Source: Actinomycetales bacterium (GTDB lineage Bacteria; Actinomycetota; Actinomycetes; Actinomycetales; BWSM-131). From it: 43,681 bases of DNA. Each line of letters begins with the position of its first letter. Within the stretch, counting starts at the first letter, position 1. The stretch covers positions 1-43,681 of the forward strand of contig JASBSH010000089.1 of the NCBI GenBank assembly GCA_030149025.1, read 5' to 3'. Below, one piece after another: positions 19,773 through 27,470 of this stretch. The position numbers and the translations under genes are program-made. Below the pieces are notes generated by a model, which saw only the letters and a program-made list of their open reading frames with translations, had not been told where the DNA came from and ran no database searches.

Positions 19773-19803
19773 CCCGCGACGCTACCGTCTCTACGCTGCA
19801 GGC
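19773..19803. promoter_or_regulatory. 31-bp divergent spacer with two back-to-back TANNNT -10 boxes positioned for leaderless transcripts
   Basis: TACGCT at 19792-19797 lies 6 nt before the selA GTG at 19804. TAGCGT on the minus strand (19784-19779) lies 6 nt before the phosphatase GTG at 19772. No SD sequence fits in the spacer. Confidence 0.35.
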
Positions 19804-21171
19804 GTGGGTGGACGAAGAAGCGCGGAGCAGACGGCGAACGCCGTGGTGCAGGTGGAGGATGCCGCGGCGCGCCGCCGGTCGGTGCCGCGCACCGACCTCG
19901 TGCTGGACGACGCGAGGCTGGCTCCGCACATCGCTCGCCTCGGGCGCTCGATCGTGAAGGACGCGCTGGTGAGGTCGCAGCAGGACGTGCGTGACGGCGT
20001 CCTGGATCCCGACCGGATCGTGGACGACGTGCTGGCGCGGCTGCCGCGGTCGGCCGCCGGTCTGCGTGCCGTCGTCAACGCCACCGGTGTGCTCCTGCAC
20101 ACGAACCTGGGGCGCGCCCCGCTGTCGCGCGCGGCGGTGGACGCGGTTGTCGAGGCTTCGGGCACGACTGACGTCGAGCTGGACCTCTCGACGGGGAGAC
20201 GGGCCCGGCGCGGGCGCAGCGCGATGGCAGCACTGGGCGAGGCGGTGCCGGACGCCGAGGCGGTGCACGTGGTCAACAACGGCGCAGCGGCGTTGGTGCT
20301 GGCGGCGACTGCACTGGCGGCGGGACGCGAGATCGTCGTGTCGCGCGGGGAGATGGTGGAGATCGGAGACGGCTTCCGCCTACCGGACCTGCTCGTGTCG
20401 ACCGGCGCCCGGCTGCGCGAGGTCGGCACCACGAACCGCACGGTTCTCGACGACTACGCCCACGCGGTGGGGCCGGAGACCGGGTTCATCCTCAAGGTGC
20501 ATCCGTCGAACTTCGTCGTCCGCGGCTTCACTTCTGCCGTGGGTGTCGCGGACCTGAAGGGGCTCGGCGTGCCGGTCGTCGCCGACATCGGGTCCGGACT
20601 GCTGCATCGGCACCCGGCGCTGCCGGAAGAGCCGGACGCCGGCACGACGCTACGAGCGGGGGCGGACCTCGTCACGGCAAGCGGTGACAAGTTGCTCGGC
20701 GGCCCTCAGGCGGGGCTCCTGCTCGGACGCGCCGACGTCGTGGAGCGCTTGCGGCGCCACCCTCTGGCCCGCGCGCTGCGGGTGGACAAGCTGACCCTCG
20801 CAGCCCTGGAGGCGACGCTCCGCGGTCCATTGCCCTTTGTGGGGCAGGCGCTTTCGTGGAAGGCGGCCGATCTGGTGATACGAGCGGAGCAGATCGTGAC
20901 CCGCCTCCGGGACAGTGGTGTGGAGGCCTACGTGGTCGAGGGGGTGGCTGTGGTCGGCGGAGGAGGTGCGCCTGGTGTGGAACTGCCAAGCGTCGCTGTG
21001 AGCCTGCCGGCGCAGATGGCTCCCGCCCTGCGTACCGGTGAGGTCCCGGTGGTGGGGCGGGTGGAGCGTGACCGCTGCTTGCTCGACCTGAGAAGCGTTG
21101 CGCCCGAACAGGACGAGCTGCTCGTCGAGGCCGTTCGTGCCGTCGCGCGGCCGGGGGTCGACGGTTCCTGA
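19804..21171 (+). CDS. selA: L-seryl-tRNA(Sec) selenium transferase
   Basis: The product contains RSVPRTDLVL, INATGVLLHTNLGRAPL-type and SGDKLLGGPQAG (PLP Lys) segments. Start chosen at GTG 19804, the first start beyond the divergent gene. The track ORF begins at 19660. Confidence 0.85.
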   Translation: MGGRRSAEQTANAVVQVEDAAARRRSVPRTDLVLDDARLAPHIARLGRSIVKDALVRSQQDVRDGVLDPDRIVDDVLARLPRSAAGLRAVVNATGVLLHTNLGRAPLSRAAVDAVVEASGTTDVELDLSTGRRARRGRSAMAALGEAVPDAEAVHVVNNGAAALVLAATALAAGREIVVSRGEMVEIGDGFRLPDLLVSTGARLREVGTTNRTVLDDYAHAVGPETGFILKVHPSNFVVRGFTSAVGVADLKGLGVPVVADIGSGLLHRHPALPEEPDAGTTLRAGADLVTASGDKLLGGPQAGLLLGRADVVERLRRHPLARALRVDKLTLAALEATLRGPLPFVGQALSWKAADLVIRAEQIVTRLRDSGVEAYVVEGVAVVGGGGAPGVELPSVAVSLPAQMAPALRTGEVPVVGRVERDRCLLDLRSVAPEQDELLVEAVRAVARPGVDGS

Positions 21172-22955
21172 TGCACGTCGTCGCCACCGCCGGGCACGTC
21201 GATCACGGCAAGTCGACCCTTGTCGCCGCCTTGACCGGTACCGACCCGGACCGGTACGCGGAGGAGAAGCGACGGGGCCTGACCATCGACCTCGGTTTCG
21301 CCTGGACCGAGATCGACGGGGAACAGGTGGCTTTCGTCGATGTGCCGGGTCACGAGCGGTTCGTGACCACCATGCTGGCCGGCGTCGGTCCCGTACCGGC
21401 GGTGCTGTTCGTCGTCGCCGCCGACGAAGGCTGGATGCCTCAGTCGCAGGAGCACCTGGAGGCGCTCGACGGCCTGGGCGTGCAGCACGGGCTACTGGTC
21501 ATCAGTCGCAGCGATGTCGGCGCAGAGGTTGCGGGGCTTGCGGAGGTCGAGGCACGCGAGCACCTTTCGGGGACGACGCTCGCGGCGATCCCGTCCGTCG
21601 CCGTCAGCGCGGTGACCGGCCATGGGATGGACGACCTGAGGCGGGAGCTCGTCCGTCTGGTGCGCTCCCTGCCTCCCGCACCGACCGACGCGCCGGTTCG
21701 TCTCTGGGTCGACCGCGTCTTCACTATCCGGGGTGCGGGCACCGTCGTGACCGGCACGCTGTCCGCCGGTTCCGTCCGGGCCGGGGACAGGCTCGCACTG
21801 GGCGATGGTCGGTTGGTGAGCGTTCGTGCGGTCCAGTCACTCGGGCGCACGGTGGACGCCGCCACGGCGGTCTCACGGGTCGCCCTCAACCTGCGTGGGG
21901 TCACCACCGACGACGTGGCACGCGGTGATGCGCTGACGGCGCCCGGGACGTGCGCACTGACCTCGCTTGTCGACGTCCGGTTGCGCCGCCCTGTGGACGT
22001 GGTCGGCCGGGCCGTCCTGCACATCGGATCGGCGCACGTGCCGGTACACGTGCGACCGCTCGGGCGGGGGTCGCATGCACGGTTGCGGCTCGAGCGCCCG
22101 CTGCCCCTTCGGCTTGGCGATGTGGGCCTGCTCCGCGACGCCGGTCGTGGTCGGGTGGTCGGCGGGTTCATCGTGCTGGACCTCGGCCCACCGCCCCTGC
22201 GGCGGCGTGGTGACGCCCGTCGCCGGGATGCGGAGCTCGCGGATCGCCCCGGGTCGCCGTCCGCCGCCGACGAGCTGGGCCGCCGCCGAGTGGTGGAGCG
22301 AGACTCTCTGCTGGGCATGGGGTTTCACCGCTCGGAGGTGGACGCACTGGCCGATGCCGTGCCGGCGGGCAGGGGTTGGCTGGTCGCCCCTGCCTATGCC
22401 GAGGAGCTGGCGGCGCGCCTGGAGGAGCTCGTATCGCAGCACGCGCGAAGCGAGCCCCTCACCCCGGGGCTACCGGCAGAGACGGCTCGTCAACGACTGG
22501 GCCTGGCCGCGGTCGAGCTGCTCGTGGTGCTCGTGCGGCCGCCGCTTCGGCTCGAGAACGGTGTGGTGGTGGACGGTGGCCGCAAGGACGGTGCCGCCCT
22601 GCCGGCGTCCATCGCTAGGTCCGTTGACGCGTTGCTGGCTGACCTCCAAGAGGCGCCGTACGCGGCTCCGGAGGCATACCGTCTGCAGGAGCTCGGACTG
22701 GGGAGGCGTGAGCTCGCCGCGGCCGTGCGCGCCGGGGCGTTGGTGCGCATCGGAGAGGCGATCTACCTGTCGCCGCAGGCGGTGCGCGCTGCGGTGGAGC
22801 CGCTGCGCCGGCTGTCGCAGCCGTTCACGATGAGCGATGCGCGTCGGGCGTGGGACACGTCGCGGCGCGTCGCCATCCCGCTCCTGCAGCATCTGGACTC
22901 GCAGGGGTTGACGGAGCGGTTGCCCGACGACCGGCGTCGCGTGGTCCAGCCGTAG
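21171..22955 (+). CDS. selB: selenocysteine-specific translation elongation factor
   Basis: 594 aa. GTPase N-terminus VATAGHVDHGKSTL, DVPGHERF, and C-terminal winged-helix repeats. The ATG overlaps the selA stop by 1 nt. Confidence 0.9.
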   Translation: MHVVATAGHVDHGKSTLVAALTGTDPDRYAEEKRRGLTIDLGFAWTEIDGEQVAFVDVPGHERFVTTMLAGVGPVPAVLFVVAADEGWMPQSQEHLEALDGLGVQHGLLVISRSDVGAEVAGLAEVEAREHLSGTTLAAIPSVAVSAVTGHGMDDLRRELVRLVRSLPPAPTDAPVRLWVDRVFTIRGAGTVVTGTLSAGSVRAGDRLALGDGRLVSVRAVQSLGRTVDAATAVSRVALNLRGVTTDDVARGDALTAPGTCALTSLVDVRLRRPVDVVGRAVLHIGSAHVPVHVRPLGRGSHARLRLERPLPLRLGDVGLLRDAGRGRVVGGFIVLDLGPPPLRRRGDARRRDAELADRPGSPSAADELGRRRVVERDSLLGMGFHRSEVDALADAVPAGRGWLVAPAYAEELAARLEELVSQHARSEPLTPGLPAETARQRLGLAAVELLVVLVRPPLRLENGVVVDGGRKDGAALPASIARSVDALLADLQEAPYAAPEAYRLQELGLGRRELAAAVRAGALVRIGEAIYLSPQAVRAAVEPLRRLSQPFTMSDARRAWDTSRRVAIPLLQHLDSQGLTERLPDDRRRVVQP

Positions 22956-23014
22956 GTCGGGGTGTTGGTTTATCCACAGGGCTGGGTAGCGCCCGACGGA
23001 TTGTCGGTGGGTTC

Positions 23015-23030
23015 TCGTACGTTTGTTCGC
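23015..23030 (+). promoter_or_regulatory. LexA (SOS) box-like palindrome overlapping a TANNNT -10 box, directly upstream of the DUF222 gene
   Basis: TCGTAC-GTTT-GTTCGC matches the actinobacterial SOS box TCGAAC-N4-GTTCGA at 10/12 positions. TACGTT (23018-23023) ends 7 nt before ATG 23031. Confidence 0.3.
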
Positions 23031-24590
23031 ATGGGACGGGCCGTAGAGAGCGACGCCGAACCCGCCGAGGAGATGGCTGGTTCGGCAAGTCTGCTGCGCC
23101 CACACGTGGCGGACGCCCTGGCCGCCGAACCGGGTCCGGAGCTGGTGGCGGCGGTGCTGGCTTTGATGGCAGACGGCCATGACGATCACTTGTCCGCCCG
23201 GGAGCGGTTGGAGGTCGTCGCAGCCTGGGACCGGATCGAGGCCTTCGCCCGGGCCGGGAAACTGACGGCAATCGGCGACCTGGACACCGCACTGCACCCG
23301 GACGTGCCGGATCTGGGGCCGGTCTCTGTGCGCCCGACCGCGAACGAGCTTGCGCCGGTGCTCCGGGTCGCGCCACGCACGGCCTCCGCACTGGTTGCGT
23401 TGACGCGCCGGGCGCGAGCGTTGCCGGCAGCGATGGACGCACTGGCCGAGGGCCGGCTGATTCCGGGGCACCTAGATGTGCTGGACCAGGTTGCCCGTGA
23501 CACCCACCCGAACCTCACTTCGGCGCTGGAGGCGGAGGCGATCGCCTGCGCGCCGGCCAAGACGCGTCAGCAGCTGCACGAGCACCTGGCGTCCAAGGCG
23601 GCCGAGTGGGATCCCGCGCACGCCACCACCGCCGTCCAACGAGGAGTCAGCGAACGGGACGTGCAGCTGCGCCGCTCCCCGCTCGCGGGTTGTCACCGCA
23701 TCGTGGCCGACCTGCCGTCGATCAACGCCTTCGCGGTCTGGCACGCTCTGAATGGGACAGCGAAGAACGCCAAGGCGACCGGCACCCGTCCCGACGGAAG
23801 TGTCGAGGAGCGTGGCCTGCCGGCCCTGCGCGCCGACGCGCTCGCCGCGATCCTCACCGGGCAGGCCGACCCGGAGAACGCAGCGCTGTCCCCCGCCGCG
23901 GACATCCTCACCCAGCTGGCGCAGGTACAGGTCGTCGTGGCGGCGGACACACTGACCGGCGCCAGCGAGCTGCCCGCTCACCTGCCGGCCGGCGGCCCCG
24001 TCGACCCGGGGACGGTGCGGGACCTCGCCGCCCGGGTGCCGTGGCGCAGGTTGGTCGCCCACGCGGACACCGGGGTCCTGTTGCACCGCGACACCGCGCT
24101 GCTGCCTCCACCGCCCACCGACTTCCCGGCCACCGACTCCCCGAGTGGAGACCCGCGGTTGCCTCGGCTTCTCACAGACCCCGTCCAGCATGTCGTGTTG
24201 GACTACGGCACGAGCAGGTACCGGCCCCCGGCGCATCTTCGCGACCACGTCATCACCCGAGACGCGACATGCATCGGCCCCGCCTGCCACCACCCCGCCG
24301 TCGGGGTGCAGCTCGACCACACGATCAACTACAAGGACACCGACCGGCGCTCCCGTCGTGGACGCCCAGGCGAGGCCGCCCGGGTCGGTGTCACGGCGGA
24401 CCACAATCTCGGCCCGCTGTGCGTCCGGTGGCACAACGCCAAGACGCACGGCAACTGGCGGTTGAGCCAACCACAACCGGGACTGTTCATCTGGACCAGC
24501 CCCTTGGGCCGCACCTATACCCGCCGGGCAAGACCACTCGTCCCCGGGTGGCGGACAAGGAAGCAGCGGCCACCGCCTGACCACGGTTGA
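23031..24590 (+). CDS. DUF222 domain / HNH endonuclease (REP13E12-like family)
   Basis: The N-terminal DUF222-like region has ERLEVVAAWDRIEAFARAGKLTAIGDL. The C-terminal HNH region has LDHTINY..ADHNLGPLCVRWHNAKTH followed by W..SQPQPGLFIWTSPLGRTY. ATG 23031 is preferred over the track start at 22962. Confidence 0.85.
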   Translation: MGRAVESDAEPAEEMAGSASLLRPHVADALAAEPGPELVAAVLALMADGHDDHLSARERLEVVAAWDRIEAFARAGKLTAIGDLDTALHPDVPDLGPVSVRPTANELAPVLRVAPRTASALVALTRRARALPAAMDALAEGRLIPGHLDVLDQVARDTHPNLTSALEAEAIACAPAKTRQQLHEHLASKAAEWDPAHATTAVQRGVSERDVQLRRSPLAGCHRIVADLPSINAFAVWHALNGTAKNAKATGTRPDGSVEERGLPALRADALAAILTGQADPENAALSPAADILTQLAQVQVVVAADTLTGASELPAHLPAGGPVDPGTVRDLAARVPWRRLVAHADTGVLLHRDTALLPPPPTDFPATDSPSGDPRLPRLLTDPVQHVVLDYGTSRYRPPAHLRDHVITRDATCIGPACHHPAVGVQLDHTINYKDTDRRSRRGRPGEAARVGVTADHNLGPLCVRWHNAKTHGNWRLSQPQPGLFIWTSPLGRTYTRRARPLVPGWRTRKQRPPPDHG

Positions 24591-24666
24591 CGCGTCGCCT
24601 GTCTGCGAGCGCCGACGGGCCGGTCGGGAGAGACTCGCGGAAGCAGTCGATCGTCAGGGGTGCTGC

Positions 24667-26250
24667 ATGGTGAGAGGGAGCAAGCCGAACGCGCGCACGA
24701 CGAGCGTGAGCACGGTCGCGCCGGACGAGGAGTCGGGAGCGGTCGCTGCAGCCGTGCGTGGATTCGTCGTGCAACACCACCGCGCGACCCACGACCACTA
24801 CGACTTCCGGCTGCAGGTCGGCGGTGCACTGGCCAGCTGGGCGGTGCCCAAGGGGCCGACCCTCGACCCGAAGGCGAAGCGAAGCGCGTTCCGGGTGGGG
24901 GACCACCCCATGGAGTACTTCGACTTCGAAGGGGTCATCCCGGAAGGTGAGTACGGCGGCGGCGACGTCGTGGTCTGGGACATCGGCACTTGGGAACCGC
25001 GTGGCACGGATGATCCGGCGAGCGCCCTGGAGGCAGGTGAGCTGCATGCCGAGCTCCACGGCCACAAGCTGCGCGGGCGGTTCGTTCTCATCCGCCGGGG
25101 CGAGGACCGTTCGGGGCGCGAGCAGTGGCTGCTGGTCCACAAGCGGGACGACCACGCCGTGGACGGCTGGGACCCGGCAGACCACCCGAAGTCGGTCCTG
25201 AGCGGGCGCACCAGCGATGAGGTCGCCGCGCAGCCGGACCGGTTGTGGCGTGGCGACTGGCCGGCGGTGGCGGCGTCCGTACCGGCCCGGCGTGGGGTCG
25301 CGCTGCCCAACGACGATGAGCTGGCCGAGCTCGATGCGCTCGGTGAGCAGGGCACCTGGGAGGTCTTCGGGCGCAGACTGCGGGTGACGAACCTGGACAA
25401 GGTGCTGTTCCCAGCCGGTGACGACGGGGTGCCGGTGACCAAGCGCGAGTTCCTCCGCTACGCCGCCCGCATCGCCCCGGTGGCCCTGCCGTACCTGGCC
25501 GGCAGAGCCGTGAACATGCACCGCTACCCGAACGGGACCACGTCGAAAGGCTTCTGGCACAAGGAGGTACCGAACCACGCGCCACAATGGATCACCCGTT
25601 GGGACAACCCGGAGGCCGACGCTGGCGAGACCCGCACCTACCTTCGCGTGGACGAACCGGCAACACTCGTGTGGGTCGCCAACTTCGGCGCGCTCGAGTG
25701 GCACGCGTGGACGTCGTTCACCGACGAGCCGCACCGGCCCACGTATGCGCTCATCGACATCGACCCCGGCGAGGAGACGACGTGGGACGAGGTGCTGCTC
25801 CTCGCCCGGCTCCACCGGGACGCGTTGCAGCACCTGAACATGACCGCCCAGCCGCAGTTCACCGGCCGGCGGGGCATCCAAATCTGGGTGCCGATCACAC
25901 GCGGTCCGGACTTCGACGAGACGCGCGCCTGGGTGGAGACGCTGTCTCGAACGGTGGGTGCCGTCGTCCCGGACCTCGTGAGCTGGAAGTGGGAGGTGCG
26001 TCGGCGCGGTGGGCGCGCCCGACTCGACTACACGCAGAACGCGATCAACAAGACCCTGGTGTCGCCCTACAGCACCCGACCATCGCCCGGCGCCACAGTG
26101 GCGATGCCGATCGACTGGGAGGAGCTCGACGATCCGGACCTGCGCCCGGACGGGTTCACCATCCAGTCGGTCATCGACCGGCTTCGGACCCGTGGCGATC
26201 CGTTCCGCTGCCTGCTGACGGCAGTCCAGTCCCTGCCGGTGATTCGCTAG
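24667..26250 (+). CDS. ligD: LigD-type NHEJ protein with 3'-phosphoesterase and polymerase/primase domains only (no ligase domain)
   Basis: PE domain: FVVQHHRATHDHYDFRLQ..WAVPKGPTLDP..GDVVVWD..LHG.KLRGRF.L. Pol domain: NLDKVLFPA..TKREFLRYA, ALIDIDPG, RRGIQIWVP, LDYTQN. No adenylation motif is seen. Confidence 0.85.
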   Translation: MVRGSKPNARTTSVSTVAPDEESGAVAAAVRGFVVQHHRATHDHYDFRLQVGGALASWAVPKGPTLDPKAKRSAFRVGDHPMEYFDFEGVIPEGEYGGGDVVVWDIGTWEPRGTDDPASALEAGELHAELHGHKLRGRFVLIRRGEDRSGREQWLLVHKRDDHAVDGWDPADHPKSVLSGRTSDEVAAQPDRLWRGDWPAVAASVPARRGVALPNDDELAELDALGEQGTWEVFGRRLRVTNLDKVLFPAGDDGVPVTKREFLRYAARIAPVALPYLAGRAVNMHRYPNGTTSKGFWHKEVPNHAPQWITRWDNPEADAGETRTYLRVDEPATLVWVANFGALEWHAWTSFTDEPHRPTYALIDIDPGEETTWDEVLLLARLHRDALQHLNMTAQPQFTGRRGIQIWVPITRGPDFDETRAWVETLSRTVGAVVPDLVSWKWEVRRRGGRARLDYTQNAINKTLVSPYSTRPSPGATVAMPIDWEELDDPDLRPDGFTIQSVIDRLRTRGDPFRCLLTAVQSLPVIR

Positions 26251-26614
26251 CCGCTGCCTCGGACTGCCCGCGCGCCCAGTCGTCGCCGTAGGCGCTCAGC
26301 TCGTCGAATGCCAGATCCGTCTCCCGGATCACGTCGGTGCGGTAGGCCGCTCTTCCCACCATGTGCGCGGCGATGGGGATCGTCAGCCCCTGGAACAGGG
26401 CGACGACCACGAGCATCCCGATGTCGAGGCCGGACCGGAGCGACAGCCCTACGCCCAGCAACGTGAGCAGGACGCCGAGGACCTGCGGCTTCGTGCCCGC
26501 GTGCATGCGGGACAACAGCTCCGGGAACCGGAGGAGGCCGATGGCCGCAGCGAGGGACAGCAACGCGCCGGCGAGGATGAAGACCAGGCCGACGGTGTCC
26601 AGGACCTCGTTCAT
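26171..26614 (-). CDS. mrpG: Na+/H+ antiporter subunit G
   Basis: Internal ATG at 26614 (ATGA overlap with the mrpF stop). The product MNEVLDTVGLVFILAGALLSLAAAIGLLRFPELLSRMHA is a typical MnhG start. The C-terminal tail overlaps the ligD 3' end by 80 nt. Confidence 0.8.
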   Translation of the reverse strand: MNEVLDTVGLVFILAGALLSLAAAIGLLRFPELLSRMHAGTKPQVLGVLLTLLGVGLSLRSGLDIGMLVVVALFQGLTIPIAAHMVGRAAYRTDVIRETDLAFDELSAYGDDWARGQSEAAASESPAGTGLPSAGSGTDRHGSEAGR

Positions 26615-26928
26615 GACCGAACCCCCAACGTCGTCGGCGCCCCTGTCTCCCGATCCCCTCCAGCTGTGTCCCGCTCCTTGGCGACGAACCGCGCCACGCT
26701 GACGGAGCCGAGGAATCCGAGCATCGACAGCGCGATGAGGATCGGCAGCGTGGTCGAGTGCCTCCCCACAGCCGCCTCGAGACCCAGGGCGGACACCATG
26801 ATGGAGACGAGCACGTCGAGCGCGACGACCCGGTCCAGCACCGTCGGCCCGCGAACGATGCGGATCACGACGAGGACGCCGGCCAGCGCCAGCACCGCAC
26901 CCGCCGCTACGGTCAAGACTGTGGTCAC
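26611..26928 (-). CDS. mrpF: Na+/H+ antiporter subunit F
   Basis: GTG 26928 with AGGAGG upstream, in a GTGA overlap with the mrpE stop. Small 3-TM protein containing RIVRGPTVLDRVVALD, typical of MnhF. Confidence 0.8.
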   Translation of the reverse strand: MTTVLTVAAGAVLALAGVLVVIRIVRGPTVLDRVVALDVLVSIMVSALGLEAAVGRHSTTLPILIALSMLGFLGSVSVARFVAKERDTAGGDRETGAPTTLGVRS

Positions 26929-27470
26929 GAAGACCCTCCTCTCGCGGGCATGCCGACCGGCTTCGCCCCGGTCGGATCGGCGGCGAGCGCCTTGAGCACG
27001 CGCTGTTCCAGGGCGAGGACGTCGGCACGTGCGGCTTCGAGCTTCCGTTCGTCCGAGACCCCGAAGTAGTGCAGCGCGATCAGTCCCCGCCTGGAGTCGA
27101 GGTCGACGACGAGCGAGCCGGGTACCAAGGACACCATCAGCCCCACGATGGTTTGGAACAGCTCCTCCCGCCCGACGAGCTGGACCACCATGACGCTGCT
27201 CCTGGGCACCGGCCGGGGTCGCACCGCGACCCAGGTGATGTGGATGCTCGCCCTGACCACGTCGAACAGGAAGCGCGCGAGCAGTGCCACGAACGCGACC
27301 GGGCGCAGCTTCACGCCGACGATGAGGCGGGGCAGCGGGAACACGGCGAGCACGGCCACGGCGAGCACCAGGCCGCCGATCACGTTGGCGAACGACACGT
27401 TGCCCCAGAGCATGACCCATACGACCGTGAGCCAGATGACGCCGACAGGGGTGATCGGGTGGCGCTCCAT
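26925..27470 (-). CDS. mrpE: Na+/H+ antiporter subunit E
   Basis: ATG 27470 overlaps the mrpD stop. The 181 aa product has an MnhE-like N-terminal TM pair, and its position in the operon fits. Confidence 0.8.
   Translation of the reverse strand: MERHPITPVGVIWLTVVWVMLWGNVSFANVIGGLVLAVAVLAVFPLPRLIVGVKLRPVAFVALLARFLFDVVRASIHITWVAVRPRPVPRSSVMVVQLVGREELFQTIVGLMVSLVPGSLVVDLDSRRGLIALHYFGVSDERKLEAARADVLALEQRVLKALAADPTGAKPVGMPARGGSS

Noticed and set aside
18391-20268. 625-aa minus-strand ORF, together with other very long ORFs such as 10807..12651 (-), 34679..36442 (-), 14151..15623 (-), 26925..29150 (-) upstream part, 28004..29764 (+) and 29964..31655 (+).
   Set aside because: These are shadow ORFs typical of ~70 percent GC DNA. 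They are Arg/Pro/Gly/Ala-rich and low in complexity. They run antisense or out of frame to genes with clear family signatures (selA/PP2C, ABC ATPase, Fe-S oxidoreductase, glcD, mrp genes).
22970-22978. Perfect DnaA-box 9-mer TTATCCACA just downstream of selB.
   Set aside because: It is a single isolated box with no cluster, no AT-rich unwinding element and no dnaA/dnaN context. One chance occurrence in 87 kb of two-strand sequence is plausible.
22990-24625. Possible short direct repeats flanking the DUF222 gene (AGCGCCCGACGG at ~22988 and AGCGCCGACGGG at ~24618) as target-site duplication.
   Set aside because: The match is imperfect and of GC-rich composition, so it is expected by chance in this genome. 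The two sites also sit at different distances from the ORF ends.
26171-26250. 80-nt convergent overlap between the ligD and mrpG 3' ends.
   Set aside because: The likely cause is a lack of stop codons in the high-GC tail of mrpG, giving a low-complexity C-terminal extension. Nothing indicates function, and it cannot be resolved without protein-level data.
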